In this document: positions 34,687 to 35,425 of the stretch, piece by piece
Numbering within the stretch: position 1 is the first letter of the stretch
How the letters are laid out: the number at the start of each line of letters is the position of its first letter
Source: a virus
Taxonomy: Duplodnaviria; Heunggongvirae; Uroviricota; Caudoviricetes
Reading direction: 5' to 3' (one strand)
IMG/VR virus record: IMGVR_UViG_3300001336_000003
Location: 64,001-99,425 of that record
Length of the DNA stretch: 35,425 bases
Made by a program: the position numbers and the translations under genes
The notes under the pieces: generated by a model
Database searches by the model: none
What the model was told of the DNA's origin: nothing
What the model saw: the letters and a program-made list of their open reading frames with translations, nothing else

Positions 34687-34775
34687 TCCAACACCTTCAC
34701 TATCCATCTTGGTTTTAGTTGTCCAAAGTATCTGGCATATACGACTTTGCCAACCCTTTCATATATTAGCTTCAT
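34683..34775 (-). CDS. 30-aa protein MKLIYERVGKVVYARYFGQLKPRWIVKVLE (below the ORF-track cutoff)
   Basis: ATGA overlap with the cupin stop and with the kdsA start; fills the gap exactly. Confidence 0.7.
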   Translation of the reverse strand: MKLIYERVGKVVYARYFGQLKPRWIVKVLE

Positions 34776-35131
34776 GTCTTGGAACCTATCGTTCTTCTCA
34801 CGATATCATCACCATCTAACTGTGGTGCCCAATATAATTCAAATGCCACCCCATCTTCAAGCCCTTCGAATTGGTGGATCTTCCCTGGCTTGACTTGGGT
34901 GAATTGGCCAGCTTCCAAAATAGTTTCATCAACCAATCCTTTTTGATCTTCATCTTGCCACACGCGAATCAACATTTTTCCTGATTCTACAAAAAATCCG
35001 TTAAATTTGAAACGGTGTTCATGCTCGGAACATTTATAGCCTGCTTTATATTCAATTCTATGAAATTCCAGAACGCCATTTGCATGTATCAATTCTGTCG
35101 AACCCCATATCTTCCCTGCCCGTATCCCCAT
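34772..35131 (-). CDS. Cupin-fold protein (sugar isomerase-like)
   Basis: KIWG, CSEHEHRFKFNGFFVESG, VKPGKIHQF; start at 35131 with SD GGAG. Confidence 0.75.
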   Translation of the reverse strand: MGIRAGKIWGSTELIHANGVLEFHRIEYKAGYKCSEHEHRFKFNGFFVESGKMLIRVWQDEDQKGLVDETILEAGQFTQVKPGKIHQFEGLEDGVAFELYWAPQLDGDDIVRRTIGSKT

Positions 35132-35132
35132 T

Positions 35133-35425
35133 TTATTCTCCGTTATTATATTTTTCTTCATATTCGTCTCTGGTTATACCAAAAATGTATTGATCTACCA
35201 TTTCATCATTTTCAGTTAGAAATGATTTGGATAGAACGCCTTCTTGGACCCAACCAATTTTACCAATCATCCTAACAAATTTTTTGTGTGGCGTGATACC
35301 ATATATTTTCTTCAAAGTCTTCACATTATCAAACATATAACTTGTCAGATACCTTGCCGATTTTATGGCTTGTGTGGCAGTTTTCGTGTTAGAAAAAACA
35401 TGCAATTTTGCCAACCAAGGCGTTT
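35133..35425 (-). CDS. RimJ/RimL-type GNAT acetyltransferase, 5'-truncated by the window edge
   Basis: LKKIYGITP...KIGWVQEGVL...DQYIFGITRDE; the frame is open to the window end. Confidence 0.65.
   Translation of the reverse strand, partial: TPWLAKLHVFSNTKTATQAIKSARYLTSYMFDNVKTLKKIYGITPHKKFVRMIGKIGWVQEGVLSKSFLTENDEMVDQYIFGITRDEYEEKYNNGE

Noticed and set aside
383-35275. All plus-strand ORFs in the track (for example 2108-2659, 16567-16971, 31869-32366)
   Set aside because: Each is antisense to a well-supported minus-strand gene, has no recognisable motif and has shadow-ORF composition.

Overview
A 35.4-kb, AT-rich window of a T4-superfamily myophage genome. Every gene I can support lies on the minus strand. 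The host is probably an alphaproteobacterium, based on the permuted two-piece tmRNA and the HemO/PcyX pair. In coordinate order the window holds: (1) the 5' part of the gp61 primase, which the ORF track missed; (2) a lysis module of holin-like genes, spanins and a GH19 endolysin; (3) about 10 kb of late head/internal-protein-like genes full of capsid-targeting-like N-termini and LxE(A/S) linkers; (4) a late-promoter-driven five-gene glycosylation cluster with two GT29 sialyltransferase-like genes; (5) a T5 A1-like metallophosphoesterase; (6) a fractured gp41 helicase, with a split intein flanking a free-standing Vsr-like homing endonuclease; (7) uvsX, 32, 59 and 33; (8) PcyX-like bilin reductase and heme oxygenase; (9) a vWA protein, a late-promoter-driven permuted tmRNA and a beta-barrel outer membrane protein; (10) an Alt-like ADP-ribosyltransferase followed by a stand-alone copy of its C-terminal tail; (11) kdsB, kdsA, a cupin and a GNAT. 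The best candidates for undescribed biology are a CMP-Kdo/GT29 glycosylation pathway, the Alt-tail mini-protein, prohead-protease-processed polyproteins and the split intein at the TSE|S site. All assignments are by-eye motif recognition; no database searches were run.
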